From positions 30,525 through 94,524 of the forward strand of contig JACTUC010000003.1 of assembly GCA_015660995.1 (NCBI GenBank): a DNA stretch of 64,000 bases, read 5' to 3'. Origin of the DNA: Candidatus Methanomethylicaceae archaeon (GTDB taxonomy: Archaea; Thermoproteota; Methanomethylicia; Methanomethylicales; Methanomethylicaceae). The notes under the pieces are model-generated. The model saw only the letters and a program-made list of their open reading frames with translations. It was not told where the DNA came from and ran no database searches. Numbering within the stretch: position 1 is the stretch's first letter; each line of letters begins with the position of its first letter. This document shows positions 1 through 10,152 of the stretch, piece after piece. The position numbers and the translations under genes are program-made.

Positions 1-395
1 TGACAGGCAAGAAAGCAGCAGACGTTGAGAGGCTTAAGGCGATGCTCAAAGAGATCGTGACTGAGATCGCGCGGGATTGCATAGAGGGGGGCGCCATGGC
101 AATAGGCCATGTCAAATCGCACCTCAAGACTCCATCCGGTTATGTAAAGGCAGATATCGTCCAGCTGAAGCAAGGAGCGTACGCCGAGGGCAACGTGGGA
201 AAGAGCGAGAGATCAGGCACTCTAATTATAAACTCCATAGTTCTGGGGCTTGACAAGGACAGAATCGCCGAAACTACACTGGAAGGTACCCAGAAGGTTT
301 TGAAGAAGTATAGTTTCTCTGCGAGCATTGAGGTCGAAAACCAGGATTTCCAATTAGATTCCAATGAGAATTCTAATAAGAAAATAGAAAAATAA
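1..395 (+). CDS. Hypothetical protein, 5'-partial (the reading frame is open from the window edge; the track's ATG at 42 is internal)
   Basis: In-frame codons without a stop from position 3 to the TAA at 393-395. Protein-like composition. No recognisable family. Confidence 0.4.
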   Translation, partial: TGKKAADVERLKAMLKEIVTEIARDCIEGGAMAIGHVKSHLKTPSGYVKADIVQLKQGAYAEGNVGKSERSGTLIINSIVLGLDKDRIAETTLEGTQKVLKKYSFSASIEVENQDFQLDSNENSNKKIEK

Positions 396-519
396 AAAAA
401 GGGTTAGGGGAAGATGCTCCTGACATGTTCTTCGTCGAGTTGCTTCCCGATTCTGCTCATTATCGCAGCAACCATGATTGACACTAGTACACCGACGAAG
501 AAGGGATAGACCAGTGTGA

Positions 520-1233
520 CTAGCGTTTGCTATAGCGTTTGTCGAGCTTGATGGCCTCTTCAATGAATCTTTCCCTTGCGCCTGGAGAAAATTTGTTTAT
601 CTTCTGGATCATTTCAATTGTCTTCATGTTCTTATTAAGAAGTTTAAGTGTGTTCATAGTCTTCATTATGTTATGAGTTAGGAATGGCTCGAGACCCTCA
701 TTCTTGGCGTAACCTTGCCGTACCATGGCATTCTCCATGGATAGTAGGGCAAAATGGTGGATCACCTGCACTGTCGCCATTGCCCTGTCATGCTCCTCGG
801 CGCTGACCTCCGTAACTCGCATCCCGGATCTAGTTAAAAGGTCAGTCATGATGGGCAGCCAAGGTCCTGAGCGGACGGGTATTACCATTGTGTTCCTGAT
901 CTTTACCCTTGGTGATGAGAAGAGAGGATGGATGCTAATGTAAAAAATTTGGTCTGGTAGGATTCTGCCTATCTTATCAACAACGCCGCACTTTACAGAG
1001 GATACATCAACTAAGAGGGATCCAGGTCGCATCTGCTGAGAAGTCTGCCTAGAAATCGGTAGCAGCACCTCGGTGGGGATTGTTAGGATGACAATGTCCA
1101 TCTCTGATAAGCCCTTTGCTCCGCAGCCTTTGATGCCCAATCTGTCTGCTATCTCATTCGCCCTGCTTGAGTCCCTGCTAGTTATAGTGAGGTCGCATGC
1201 ACTCCTAAGGAGTGTAGCCATGCACCTCCCCAT
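520..1233 (-). CDS. tyrA: Prephenate dehydrogenase (TyrA). The true start probably lies upstream of the first ATG.
   Basis: EHDRAMATVQVIHHF motif. The Rossmann G-T-G-R-M-G loop straddles the annotated ATG, and the preceding strand KVAIV is encoded upstream of it in frame. Last gene of the tkt-aro operon. TAG stop. Confidence 0.75.
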   Translation of the reverse strand: MGRCMATLLRSACDLTITSRDSSRANEIADRLGIKGCGAKGLSEMDIVILTIPTEVLLPISRQTSQQMRPGSLLVDVSSVKCGVVDKIGRILPDQIFYISIHPLFSSPRVKIRNTMVIPVRSGPWLPIMTDLLTRSGMRVTEVSAEEHDRAMATVQVIHHFALLSMENAMVRQGYAKNEGLEPFLTHNIMKTMNTLKLLNKNMKTIEMIQKINKFSPGARERFIEEAIKLDKRYSKR

Positions 1234-1247
1234 TCTTCCAGTCCCGA

Positions 1248-2345
1248 CTATTGCAACTTTGAGTAGCTTCCGAGTATCCTCAGAAATCTTGTCTTCCTCC
1301 TTACCTCTTTCAGCGCCAATACAATATTCTTATCGCTGAGACTACCCTCGAAGTCGAGATAGAAGTAATATTCCCAGCTCCTGGTGGGCATTGGGCGCGA
1401 CAAGACCATGGTAATGTTGACACTCTGCTTAGCGAACTCGCTTAATACGGCTGCGAGTGAACCGGGGACGTGCTCTAGGGCAAATATCGCTGAAGACTTT
1501 ACGCCAACTTTAGGAGGCTCGCCCTTGTGGATCGTAACAAACCGCGTATAGTTGTTTGGGGTGTCCTCAATACCAGCCTCATATATCTTGAGCCCATTCA
1601 GCTCTGCTGCGGCCTTGCTGGCTACGGCAGCGCCCTTCATGTCCCTAAGGACGTGCTCAGCAGCCCTTGCAGTTGATTCAGTAACAACAATATTCTTGTC
1701 GCTCAGATATTTCGTGATGTATCCGTCACATTGCGCTAAGGCTTGGGGGTGCGAGTAGATGTTCTCTATCTCGCTGAGCGAATTCACCTGCGGGTTTACG
1801 ATTAAGTTCAAAGTTATCCGGAGCTGGATCTCCCCTGTTATGGACACGGGATAGTCTATGAAGCAATCAAGAGTCTCGTTTACAGCGCCTTCTATGGTGT
1901 TCTCCAGGGGTACTACCCCAACGTCGCATCTTCCAATGTCCACCTCTATGAAAATCTTCTTTATTCGCCTGCATGGTGAGAACTTGGATGAGTTGCCGAA
2001 GGTAGAGTATGCTGCCTCATGCGAAAAGCTCCCAGCTGGTCCGAGGTATGCTACAGAGGTTGGCCGCTGGATGTTCCTGCACATGGATATGATCTCTCGG
2101 TAGACCTCCCTTATCCCCTCAGGCGGGGCTTCTTCGGAGGCCGAAGTCACCCTCTCTAAGACCTGGCTCTCCCTGGCCATGTCCAGCACTTCCATGTTAA
2201 GGGCAGACTTTATCTTCCCGATCTCCTTGCATGTTGCCACCCTTTCATTGAGCAGCCTCACAACCTCTTCATCTATCCTGTTTATTTTTTTCCTGGCATT
2301 ATCGAGACTCAAATTCTTCTCCACATCTTTCCCTTTTTCACTCAT
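1248..2345 (-). CDS. pheA: Bifunctional chorismate mutase / prephenate dehydratase (PheA) with C-terminal ACT domain
   Basis: N-terminal chorismate mutase helix (RIDEEVVRLLNER). Prephenate dehydratase motif AYLGPAGSFSHEAA. C-terminal ACT-like region. Confidence 0.85.
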   Translation of the reverse strand: MSEKGKDVEKNLSLDNARKKINRIDEEVVRLLNERVATCKEIGKIKSALNMEVLDMARESQVLERVTSASEEAPPEGIREVYREIISMCRNIQRPTSVAYLGPAGSFSHEAAYSTFGNSSKFSPCRRIKKIFIEVDIGRCDVGVVPLENTIEGAVNETLDCFIDYPVSITGEIQLRITLNLIVNPQVNSLSEIENIYSHPQALAQCDGYITKYLSDKNIVVTESTARAAEHVLRDMKGAAVASKAAAELNGLKIYEAGIEDTPNNYTRFVTIHKGEPPKVGVKSSAIFALEHVPGSLAAVLSEFAKQSVNITMVLSRPMPTRSWEYYFYLDFEGSLSDKNIVLALKEVRRKTRFLRILGSYSKLQ

Positions 2346-3439
2346 ATCTTTCCCTCAACTCTCCCAATTTTATGCACCCTAATCATTAAGTCAGCAAGGC
2401 ATGTAGCTACCATTGCCTCGACAACTGGGACGGCCCTGACCGCTATGCATGGATCGTGCCTTCCTTCAACCCTGATTTCCTTCTTCTTCATCGTAGAAAT
2501 ATCAACGCTCCTCTGCTTCTTTCCTATGGATGGTGTAGGCTTGAAGGCTACACGTAGGACAATCGGCATTCCGTTTGTGATGCCACCTAGAATGCCCCCA
2601 GAATTGTTGGACTGCGTAACTATGCGCCCGCCTTCAATGGCAAACTCGTCATTCGCCTCCGAACCCCGCTTCGAAGAAAGACCGAACCCTCCTCCGAACT
2701 CGATCCCCTTAACCGCTGGTATACTGAATATGCCGTGAGATATTACACTCTCCACCGAGTCAAAAATGGGTTCGCCTACTCCTACTGGCAGGCCAAGGAC
2801 CCTACACTCAACAGTCCCCCCAAGGGAATCATTCTCTGACTTCGCCTTCTCTAGCTCCTCGGACATCAGCGCAGAAACCTCCTTGTCAGCGCACCATATG
2901 GGGCTCTCCCTCGCCTTCGCTTCAAGCTCAGCATCTGGGATTTCTCCCTTGGCACGTACATCACCGACCTGCACGAGGTGGGCTATTATCTTCACTCCCC
3001 TCCTGGATAACAGCTTCTTAGCGATTGCCCCCCCCATCACCATGCCTGCAGTTATCCTGCCAGAGAAGAAGCCTCCACCCCTCCAGTCGTTGAACCCACC
3101 ATACTTGACGAACGCAGTGTAGTCTGCATGACTGGGGCGAGGCACCATCCTGTTCCGGTCATACCATGAGGAGTCAGTGTCTTCGTTGCTTATCATCATC
3201 ATTATGGGGCCGCCGTTGGTTCTATTATTAGTCAGTCCGCTCTCTATTCTGACCAGATCTCTCTCTTTTCTCGAGCTTGTGGCCTCCCTGCCCGGCTTCC
3301 TCCTGTCGAGCTCCCACTGGATGTCGTCCACACCTATCTCGAGACCCGGTGGGCATCCCTCCACCACCACACCGATGCATCTTCCGTGTGACTCGCCAAA
3401 AACTGTCATCCTGAACTCACTACCAATTCCGAAGCTCAT
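2342..3439 (-). CDS. aroC: Chorismate synthase (AroC)
   Basis: MSFGIGSEFRMTVFGESHG N-terminus. The internal ATG at 3439 gives an ATGA overlap with the aroA stop. The track ORF is N-extended to 3511. Confidence 0.9.
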   Translation of the reverse strand: MSFGIGSEFRMTVFGESHGRCIGVVVEGCPPGLEIGVDDIQWELDRRKPGREATSSRKERDLVRIESGLTNNRTNGGPIMMMISNEDTDSSWYDRNRMVPRPSHADYTAFVKYGGFNDWRGGGFFSGRITAGMVMGGAIAKKLLSRRGVKIIAHLVQVGDVRAKGEIPDAELEAKARESPIWCADKEVSALMSEELEKAKSENDSLGGTVECRVLGLPVGVGEPIFDSVESVISHGIFSIPAVKGIEFGGGFGLSSKRGSEANDEFAIEGGRIVTQSNNSGGILGGITNGMPIVLRVAFKPTPSIGKKQRSVDISTMKKKEIRVEGRHDPCIAVRAVPVVEAMVATCLADLMIRVHKIGRVEGKI

Positions 3440-4713
3440 TTTATCATCTCCACTTTTCCACCCATCCTCACCAGGTCCTCGAAGAACGATGGATAGCTCT
3501 TCGAGACACATTCCGCATTCTTTATGATGGTCTCACCCTCGGAGAATAGGGCTAGAATGGAACAGGCCATGGCGATGCGGTGGTCGTTGCTTGGATCGAT
3601 TATCGCGCCCTTGGTCATGCCGACTCCATTTATCACCATCTCATTCTCCCCAGTCTCTATCCTCCCACCCATTCTCATGGCTGTTTCTGCTATTGTAGCT
3701 ATCCTGTCGCTTTCTTTATACCTCAATCGCTTAATCCCCGTTATTCTAGTCTCGCCCTCTGCCCTCGATGCGACTGCTGCCAGAATAGGCACAAGATCCG
3801 GTATCTGTCTAGCATCTATTTCGATCCCCCTCAGAACTGAGGTCTCGGCTGTGACTGTATTGCCAGAGCAAGAGATTTTAGCCCCCATTCTCTGGAGTAT
3901 TTCTATCGCCGCGCTGTCCCCCTGCAATGATGGCAATTGAATCCCATCCACTAGGACCTTGCCACAAAGGATCCCCGCTGCCAGCATGAACGCAGCTGAG
4001 GAGAAGTCACCCTCCACGTGGTAGGAGAGAGGATGAAGGATCTGCCTTGATGGCACGCTGAACTCCCCCCTCCCAGGGTCAAATGCTACCTTAGCCCCAA
4101 ACTTATGTAAGATTTCCATGGTCATGTCAATATAATTTTTCGACTCTAGCGCGCTACTCAGCATGATTGCTGTGTCATTCCTTGCAAGAGTGCTCGAGAC
4201 GAGCAGGGAAGAGATGAACTGGGAGCTGACGTCACCCGGGATTGCAGCTGTCCCGCCCTCCATTCCTCCTCCCATTACCACGACAGGCGGGAAGCCGTTG
4301 CTCTTTGTGGAGAAACACTTCGCTCCAAGGGAATTCATAGCCTTGAGGAGATCGCCCATCGGCCTCCTCCTCAGCTGATCGTCGCCAGTAAGTACTGTTG
4401 CTCCATCAGCATGGGACGAGACTGCTGTGAAGAACCTCAGGGCAGTAGCCGATCCCCCGCAATCAACAACATCCTCTGGCACCTCGATCCTGCCTCCTGA
4501 AATGCTAAATCGGTCATCAAAATCAGTAACCCGCGCCCCTAGCATTCTTGCAGCGCGCAGGGCAAACAGGGCGTCCTCAGATCTCGATGGATTGACGATC
4601 TCTGTCTTGCCATCTGCAATAAGGGCGCAGACCACTGCTCTCTGGGTATAGCTCTTTGATGGCGGGGCAACTACCCTGCCGCTCAGTTCTGACTTTCTTA
4701 TCCTTGCATCCAC
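3436..4713 (-). CDS. aroA: 3-phosphoshikimate 1-carboxyvinyltransferase (EPSP synthase, AroA)
   Basis: PSKSYTQRA motif. Two-domain EPSPS architecture, 425 aa. Confidence 0.9.
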   Translation of the reverse strand: MDARIRKSELSGRVVAPPSKSYTQRAVVCALIADGKTEIVNPSRSEDALFALRAARMLGARVTDFDDRFSISGGRIEVPEDVVDCGGSATALRFFTAVSSHADGATVLTGDDQLRRRPMGDLLKAMNSLGAKCFSTKSNGFPPVVVMGGGMEGGTAAIPGDVSSQFISSLLVSSTLARNDTAIMLSSALESKNYIDMTMEILHKFGAKVAFDPGRGEFSVPSRQILHPLSYHVEGDFSSAAFMLAAGILCGKVLVDGIQLPSLQGDSAAIEILQRMGAKISCSGNTVTAETSVLRGIEIDARQIPDLVPILAAVASRAEGETRITGIKRLRYKESDRIATIAETAMRMGGRIETGENEMVINGVGMTKGAIIDPSNDHRIAMACSILALFSEGETIIKNAECVSKSYPSFFEDLVRMGGKVEMIK

Positions 4714-5652
4714 CTAAACACCCATCCTAGCCTTGTTACTGTTGATCTCGGTCCGGATTATGCTGAACCCCAAACCCCCCCAGCCATCTACAATTTGCCC
4801 CTCGAATTCCTTTGTAGAAACTGCGCAAATTGTTGGCCCCTTCCCGCAGAGGCCTGCAGTGATTGCCCCATTCTTCATTGCAGCCACAATAGGAGCAGGG
4901 TTGATCTTGAAGGCATGAGCCATTGCTAGGCCGTTGAGAAGCATTGCCTGCCAGTGCCTCCCCGCGAGTGCCTCCTTCATGGCAATTTCCGTCACCTCTG
5001 CATATTGACTGATGAAGGTCTTGTTCACCTCGCCGGAGTAGCGCCTCTCTTCTGGGACTAGAAATATGGCGCTCATTGGCTCTAGGTTGCAGCTCATAAT
5101 TATTATCCTCTTTTTATTATCAGTCATATGGAGCCCGCCCAGATAGCTAGCACAAGCGTCGTCAAAGGCGCCAGTGAGGCTTACCTTAGCTCTGAGGGAG
5201 GCAGCTACGCCTATTTTTATAATATCCATGTCATCCATTTTTTCGCCAATAGCATCCAGGGTTGCCAGAATTATGGCATTGGAGGCGGCGCTAGAACTCT
5301 TCATCCCACGTGCTATGGGGATCTCACTGCGGGTTCTGATCATCCCACCGTGTTTTAAGCCGAAGCTCTCAAGGGTCGCCCTGAAGGACTCGCTGGCAAG
5401 CTCTTTCCTCTCATTGATACCGCCTAAGATCTCCACTTCAATGGAAGGATCTTCTCTAACCTCGACCTCTGCGAAAGTCCTCAAGCCCACGCTGAAGGCT
5501 GCGCCTCTGCCGGAAGGCATCGCGTTCACTATTGTAGCCGCACCGAAGGCAATACCCTTCCCAATCCCTTTGCCTTTGTTTTTGCCTTCAATTTGAGACT
5601 CGCTGCTTACCTCCCGCTCCATGACATGTGTTGTCATTATGACAGCTTCCAC
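4714..5652 (-). CDS. Archaeal-type shikimate kinase (GHMP kinase family). The start may be the ATG at 5637 (TAATG overlap with aroE).
   Basis: GAATIVNAMPSGRGAAF GHMP-like motif typical of archaeal shikimate kinase. Position between aroE and aroA. Confidence 0.75.
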   Translation of the reverse strand: MEAVIMTTHVMEREVSSESQIEGKNKGKGIGKGIAFGAATIVNAMPSGRGAAFSVGLRTFAEVEVREDPSIEVEILGGINERKELASESFRATLESFGLKHGGMIRTRSEIPIARGMKSSSAASNAIILATLDAIGEKMDDMDIIKIGVAASLRAKVSLTGAFDDACASYLGGLHMTDNKKRIIIMSCNLEPMSAIFLVPEERRYSGEVNKTFISQYAEVTEIAMKEALAGRHWQAMLLNGLAMAHAFKINPAPIVAAMKNGAITAGLCGKGPTICAVSTKEFEGQIVDGWGGLGFSIIRTEINSNKARMGV

Positions 5653-6497
5653 CCTGGTTGCAATGCCGCATCCCCCGAAAGCGCACGCCTCATTACATCA
5701 ATGGGCGCTGGCTCCCCGAGCCATATTTCAAAGGCTCTTGCCCCCTGCTGGACCAGCATCTCAAGACCGCTTATTATCTTGCAGCCCCTGAGTCTGGCTA
5801 GCCTCATCAGTTCGGTCTCGAGCGGGTTGTACACCAGATCCATCACTGTGCAGTTGGCGCCCAAGTCCTCAGCTTTAAGCAGACTCACATTTATCTTAGG
5901 CCACATTCCCACTGGTGTGCAATTGATTATGATATCTGCCCTTGCCTCCCTGCACCCGCTCAATGGTATCGCATGAGCAGGTGCGAGAGCAGAGACTTCG
6001 CGGGCAAGGCTCAGAGCCTTGGAGAGGGACCTCCCAGAAATGGCCAGTTCAGCGGGATTCCCCTTCTGGGCGATCTCGAAGGCGACTCCCCTGGCCGCCC
6101 CACCATAACCAAGGATGAGCACGTTTGCCCCCGATAACCTCCCTCCGCCAGCTTCAAGCGCTTTAAGCGCACCTGCCCCGTCCGTGTTGTAACCAATAAG
6201 CTCACCAGCACTGTTCGAGATAACATTCACCGCCCCTGAAAGCCTGGCGCTCTCGTCTATACTGTCGAGGTGCTCCTTCACGCTTACCTTATGCGGGATA
6301 GTCACGTTGCAGCCCAGGAAGCCGAGAGCTTTTAAGCCTTTTATCGTAATGCCGAGGTCTTCCTTCCTTACTCTAAAAGCCAGATAGACGCAATCCTTTC
6401 CCATCTCTCTAAAGGCGGCATTGATCATCTTTGGGCTCAAGGAGTGCTCTACCGGGTCCCCTATGAGGCAGAAGAGCTTAGTTTGGTTCCCTCTCAT
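5637..6497 (-). CDS. aroE: Shikimate 5-dehydrogenase (AroE)
   Basis: LIGDPVEHSLSP substrate motif. GYGGAARG NAD(P) motif. The ATG at 6497 overlaps the aroD stop (ATGA). Confidence 0.85.
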   Translation of the reverse strand: MRGNQTKLFCLIGDPVEHSLSPKMINAAFREMGKDCVYLAFRVRKEDLGITIKGLKALGFLGCNVTIPHKVSVKEHLDSIDESARLSGAVNVISNSAGELIGYNTDGAGALKALEAGGGRLSGANVLILGYGGAARGVAFEIAQKGNPAELAISGRSLSKALSLAREVSALAPAHAIPLSGCREARADIIINCTPVGMWPKINVSLLKAEDLGANCTVMDLVYNPLETELMRLARLRGCKIISGLEMLVQQGARAFEIWLGEPAPIDVMRRALSGDAALQPGWKLS

Positions 6498-7159
6498 CCC
6501 AGAAACACCTCCTGAGTGCGCCTCATCGTTTGCAGGTCCACCTGCCCAGGGGCAGCCTCCTTGCCTTCCTTGAGCGATGCATAGGTCCACTCCGAGCCGA
6601 AGAATGGTGCAAGGACCCTTGAGATCTTGCCAAGTGGGCCATAGCAGAAGACGATTCTACGCCCTGTGATGGAATCACTGGCGCCCAATGCTACCAGGTT
6701 GTCCTCAAAACGGGTTGCGGGCATCACTACCTTGAAAACAAAATTGCCATTCATTGCTAATATGAAATCCCGCATGTCTTTTACCTTAAGTAACCTCTGA
6801 CTGTGCCAAGAAATTACTGGTTGGGCGCCGCTGCTCTTTATTCTCCCCAGGCACTCCTCGAATAGGCCAGGATCCATCTCCTTATCGATGTCAACATACT
6901 CTGCAAACTTAGATGCCTCCGCAAGGAGCCTTGCCCGCTCCTTGTCATTCCCCTGGTAATGCCCAAAGATACTGTCTGGCATTATGGTTGCGACCTTCGG
7001 AATCTTGATGGATTCGAGCCTCCTGAAAAGGCCGCTTATTTTTTCTTCAGTTGGCCTTTCAAGGCAGTCCAGCCTTATCTCTATGAGGTCTGCCCCCTTC
7101 ACTTGGGCTTCCATCGCTGCAGAGATCATCACTTCCTCGCTATTCTCAGCGAGGCTCAC
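6494..7159 (-). CDS. aroD: 3-dehydroquinate dehydratase, type I (AroD)
   Basis: ADLIEIRLD motif and TIM-barrel DHQase I length. Confidence 0.8.
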   Translation of the reverse strand: MSLAENSEEVMISAAMEAQVKGADLIEIRLDCLERPTEEKISGLFRRLESIKIPKVATIMPDSIFGHYQGNDKERARLLAEASKFAEYVDIDKEMDPGLFEECLGRIKSSGAQPVISWHSQRLLKVKDMRDFILAMNGNFVFKVVMPATRFEDNLVALGASDSITGRRIVFCYGPLGKISRVLAPFFGSEWTYASLKEGKEAAPGQVDLQTMRRTQEVFLG

Positions 7160-7178
7160 ACAGATTTTTGGTCTAATC

Positions 7179-8270
7179 CTAAAGGCACCCCCTCATTGCA
7201 TCCGTGGCAGTCTTCTTTGGCGGATCTGAGACGATCGTGCCGTTCCCGAGACCGTTTGGAAGGGCAAACCTCAACCTACCGGCTTCTGCCTTTTTGTCAT
7301 GACCCATGAACCTGATGAGGTCTCTATGGTTGACGCCTTTGAGGCGAATGGGCAGGCCATAGCTGACTATCAGCGCTTCCAAACGCTCAACGTCCTTCTT
7401 GGAAACCATTCCAAGCGCCTCTGCCAGCCTGATCTCTCCTGCCATTCCAACTGCAATAGCCTCGCCATGGCTCAAGCCATGGTATTTCATAGCTGCCTCC
7501 ACAGCATGGCCAAAGGTGTGCCCGAAATTCAGAAGCGCCCTTAAACCTGATTGATCCCGCTCGTCCCTAGCGACTATGCCCGATTTTAGCTCAGTTGCCC
7601 AAGAGACTGCCCTCACCATTGCCCCTTCTTCGAGCCCTAGGATCGACACCCTTTCCTTCTCAAGGAATTCCAGTAAGCGGAGGTCCATAATGGCTGCGTA
7701 CTTGATAAGCTCAGCTACGCCGCATCTTACCTCCCTTGTCGGAAGCGTCTTTAGTAATGAAACATCGGAGAGGACGAGACTTGGTTGATGGAATGCCCCC
7801 ACGATATTCTTTGCCTCTGGGAGGTTCAACGCTGCCTTACCGCCGATGCTGCTGTCTACTTGTGCCAAGAGCGTTGTTGGAATTTGGACGAGCCTCACCC
7901 CCCTCATGTATGTTGCAGCTACGAACCCGGCGAGGTCACCAACGCACCCTCCCCCCAGAGCAATTACGATGGTGCCCCTCCCAACCTTCATTCTCAAGAG
8001 CTGTTCCATTACATGCTGGTATGTTCTAATGGTCTTCGCGCCCTCGCGGTCAGGGACTAGTATGGTCTCTGAAGGGATCCCACTGCCAGCCAAGCTCTCC
8101 CTAACTGCCCGACCATATAGGTCATCCACTATTGCTACGGCAAGGGTCGCAACCTTATCTCCTAGGTAGAGGTGAGCAACTTGCCTTCCTAGGTCTTTGA
8201 TGAGCTTCTTGCCAACTAGTATGGGATAGCTCCTCTCTCCAAGATCGACGGTAATGGACTGCGAGCTCAT
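7179..8270 (-). CDS. aroB: 3-dehydroquinate synthase, bacterial type (AroB)
   Basis: GGGCVGDLAGF glycine loop. HTFGHAVE metal-binding motif. 363 aa. Confidence 0.85.
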   Translation of the reverse strand: MSSQSITVDLGERSYPILVGKKLIKDLGRQVAHLYLGDKVATLAVAIVDDLYGRAVRESLAGSGIPSETILVPDREGAKTIRTYQHVMEQLLRMKVGRGTIVIALGGGCVGDLAGFVAATYMRGVRLVQIPTTLLAQVDSSIGGKAALNLPEAKNIVGAFHQPSLVLSDVSLLKTLPTREVRCGVAELIKYAAIMDLRLLEFLEKERVSILGLEEGAMVRAVSWATELKSGIVARDERDQSGLRALLNFGHTFGHAVEAAMKYHGLSHGEAIAVGMAGEIRLAEALGMVSKKDVERLEALIVSYGLPIRLKGVNHRDLIRFMGHDKKAEAGRLRFALPNGLGNGTIVSDPPKKTATDAMRGCL

Positions 8271-9241
8271 GATCTGCCGACTGCCTTCGCTATTCTAGAT
8301 ATATCCTTCATTGCTTGCCTGAACTCATCTGGAGTCAGTGACTGCGGTCCATCGCTTAGCGCCAACTCTGGCCTTGGATGAACCTCTATGAGGAGCCCAT
8401 CGGCGCCAGCTGCAATGGCGGCCTTCGATGCGGCTATCACAAGGTCCCGCCTGCCAGTTGCGTGACTTGGATCGGCGATCACCGGAAGGTGGCTAATTAA
8501 CTTGGCAAGTGCTATTCCTGGAGTATCTAGGATGTTTCTTGTCGCAGTCTCGAAGGTTCTCACACCCCTCTCGCAGAGTATGACATTCCAGTTGCCCTCT
8601 AGAAGAAGGTACTCAGCAGCCTGCATCCACTCATCGATGGTGGCTGATATGCCCCGCTTCAGGACTACGGGCAGACCAGATCTGCCTGCAGCCCGAAGGA
8701 GATCAAAGTTCTGCATGTTCCTTGCCCCTATTTGAATGGCATCTGCATACCTAGTGACCAGAGCGATTTGCTCAGGGTTGGTGGCTTCCGTGAGGACCGG
8801 GATCCCCAGTTCGTCAGAGGCATCCCTAAGGATCTTGAGACCCTCCTCACCGAGACCTTGGAATGAGTAGGGCGAAGTCCTGGGTTTGAATGCGCCTCCC
8901 CTCAACACACTGGCTCCAGCTGCCTTCACTAGCTTTGCAGTCTCCATAAGCTGCTGCCTAGTTTCGACGGCACATGGACCAGCGCAGACAACTATCTTCT
9001 TCCCTCCAAACTCTACCTTGCCTATCTTCACCTTTGATCCATTGGGTGCCATCTCCCGGCTAGCGAGCTGTGCATTCCCTTTGATCTCCAAGCAACTACC
9101 TTTCGGGAGCGTGAGCTGGATCCCATCAGGGAGTTTAGAGTTGACTACGTAGATTATCCCATCTCTTGCTTGGACTTTCCTGAATTTTCCGTTCAACGCC
9201 CTCTCCAATTCTTCTGATTTTCGTTGTAGCTTGATTATCAT
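8267..9241 (-). CDS. 3-deoxy-7-phosphoheptulonate (DAHP) synthase, type I-beta (KDO8PS-like) with N-terminal extension
   Basis: VVCAGPCAVE...KPRTSPYSFQGLG motif family. Overlaps aroB start and tktB stop. Confidence 0.8.
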   Translation of the reverse strand: MIIKLQRKSEELERALNGKFRKVQARDGIIYVVNSKLPDGIQLTLPKGSCLEIKGNAQLASREMAPNGSKVKIGKVEFGGKKIVVCAGPCAVETRQQLMETAKLVKAAGASVLRGGAFKPRTSPYSFQGLGEEGLKILRDASDELGIPVLTEATNPEQIALVTRYADAIQIGARNMQNFDLLRAAGRSGLPVVLKRGISATIDEWMQAAEYLLLEGNWNVILCERGVRTFETATRNILDTPGIALAKLISHLPVIADPSHATGRRDLVIAASKAAIAAGADGLLIEVHPRPELALSDGPQSLTPDEFRQAMKDISRIAKAVGRS

Positions 9242-10152
9242 GCAGCCTTCCTCCCAACTATGTTCATCATTACATCACCTATGGACTCGGCGACCAGCCC
9301 GTGCTTCCTGAGGAGGTCCCTCTGGGGACCAGACTCACCAAATACATCCTTTACGCCTACGCGTGTTATTGGGACTGGATACTCGCTCGAGAGGAGCTCG
9401 GCTATGGCGCCCCCCAGACCGCCAATGACGCTGTGCTCCTCCACGCATACCACGAGTCCCGTCTCTCGTGCAGCTGCCACTATTGCCTCCTCGTCGAGTG
9501 GCTTGACAGTCGGGACGTGGACAACCTTTGCGCTCAATTTCGTTGCTTTGACGGCATCCAGAACCTCTGATGTCATTGCGCCGTTCGAGAAGACCGTGAT
9601 GTCGTGGCCATCTGCAACGGTGGCAGCCTTGCCGAGCCGAAAGACACAATCGCCCTCAAGAAACTTCAGGGATTCGTCTCTCCCTAAGCGCATGTAGGCA
9701 GGTCCCTTCATCTGAACTATTGCTCTTGTTGCCTCCGCTATCTCCTGCCTGTCCCCTGGCACCACTACAGTCATGTTCGGGAGAACTCTCATCAAGCAGA
9801 CATCCTCCAGAGACTGGTGAGACCCCCCCTCGTCTGAGGCAGAGAGACCCGCGTGTGTGCCCACCATCTTTACGTTGAGGTTTGCCCTGGCGATCGTACT
9901 CCTAATCTGTTCCCAAGCCCTCATGAGGAATGGCGCGAAGACAGCCACGACTGGGATGTCCCCGCTGAGGGCGAGCCCTGCAGCTATCCCTATCATGTCC
10001 TGCTCGCTTATGCCTACATTGAAGAAGCGACTGGGGTACGCTTCCGCGAACTTTGAGACGCCGGTGGGCTTTGCAACATCCGCTGTCAGGGCCATCAAGG
10101 TATGGTTCTCCTCGCCCAGTGAGACAAGGGTGTCGCCGAAGATCGCCCTCAC
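9238..10152 (-). CDS. Transketolase, C-terminal (pyrimidine-binding) subunit
   Basis: Split archaeal transketolase, 304 aa. GISEQDMIGIAAGLA motif. Confidence 0.85.
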   Translation of the reverse strand: MRAIFGDTLVSLGEENHTLMALTADVAKPTGVSKFAEAYPSRFFNVGISEQDMIGIAAGLALSGDIPVVAVFAPFLMRAWEQIRSTIARANLNVKMVGTHAGLSASDEGGSHQSLEDVCLMRVLPNMTVVVPGDRQEIAEATRAIVQMKGPAYMRLGRDESLKFLEGDCVFRLGKAATVADGHDITVFSNGAMTSEVLDAVKATKLSAKVVHVPTVKPLDEEAIVAAARETGLVVCVEEHSVIGGLGGAIAELLSSEYPVPITRVGVKDVFGESGPQRDLLRKHGLVAESIGDVMMNIVGRKAA

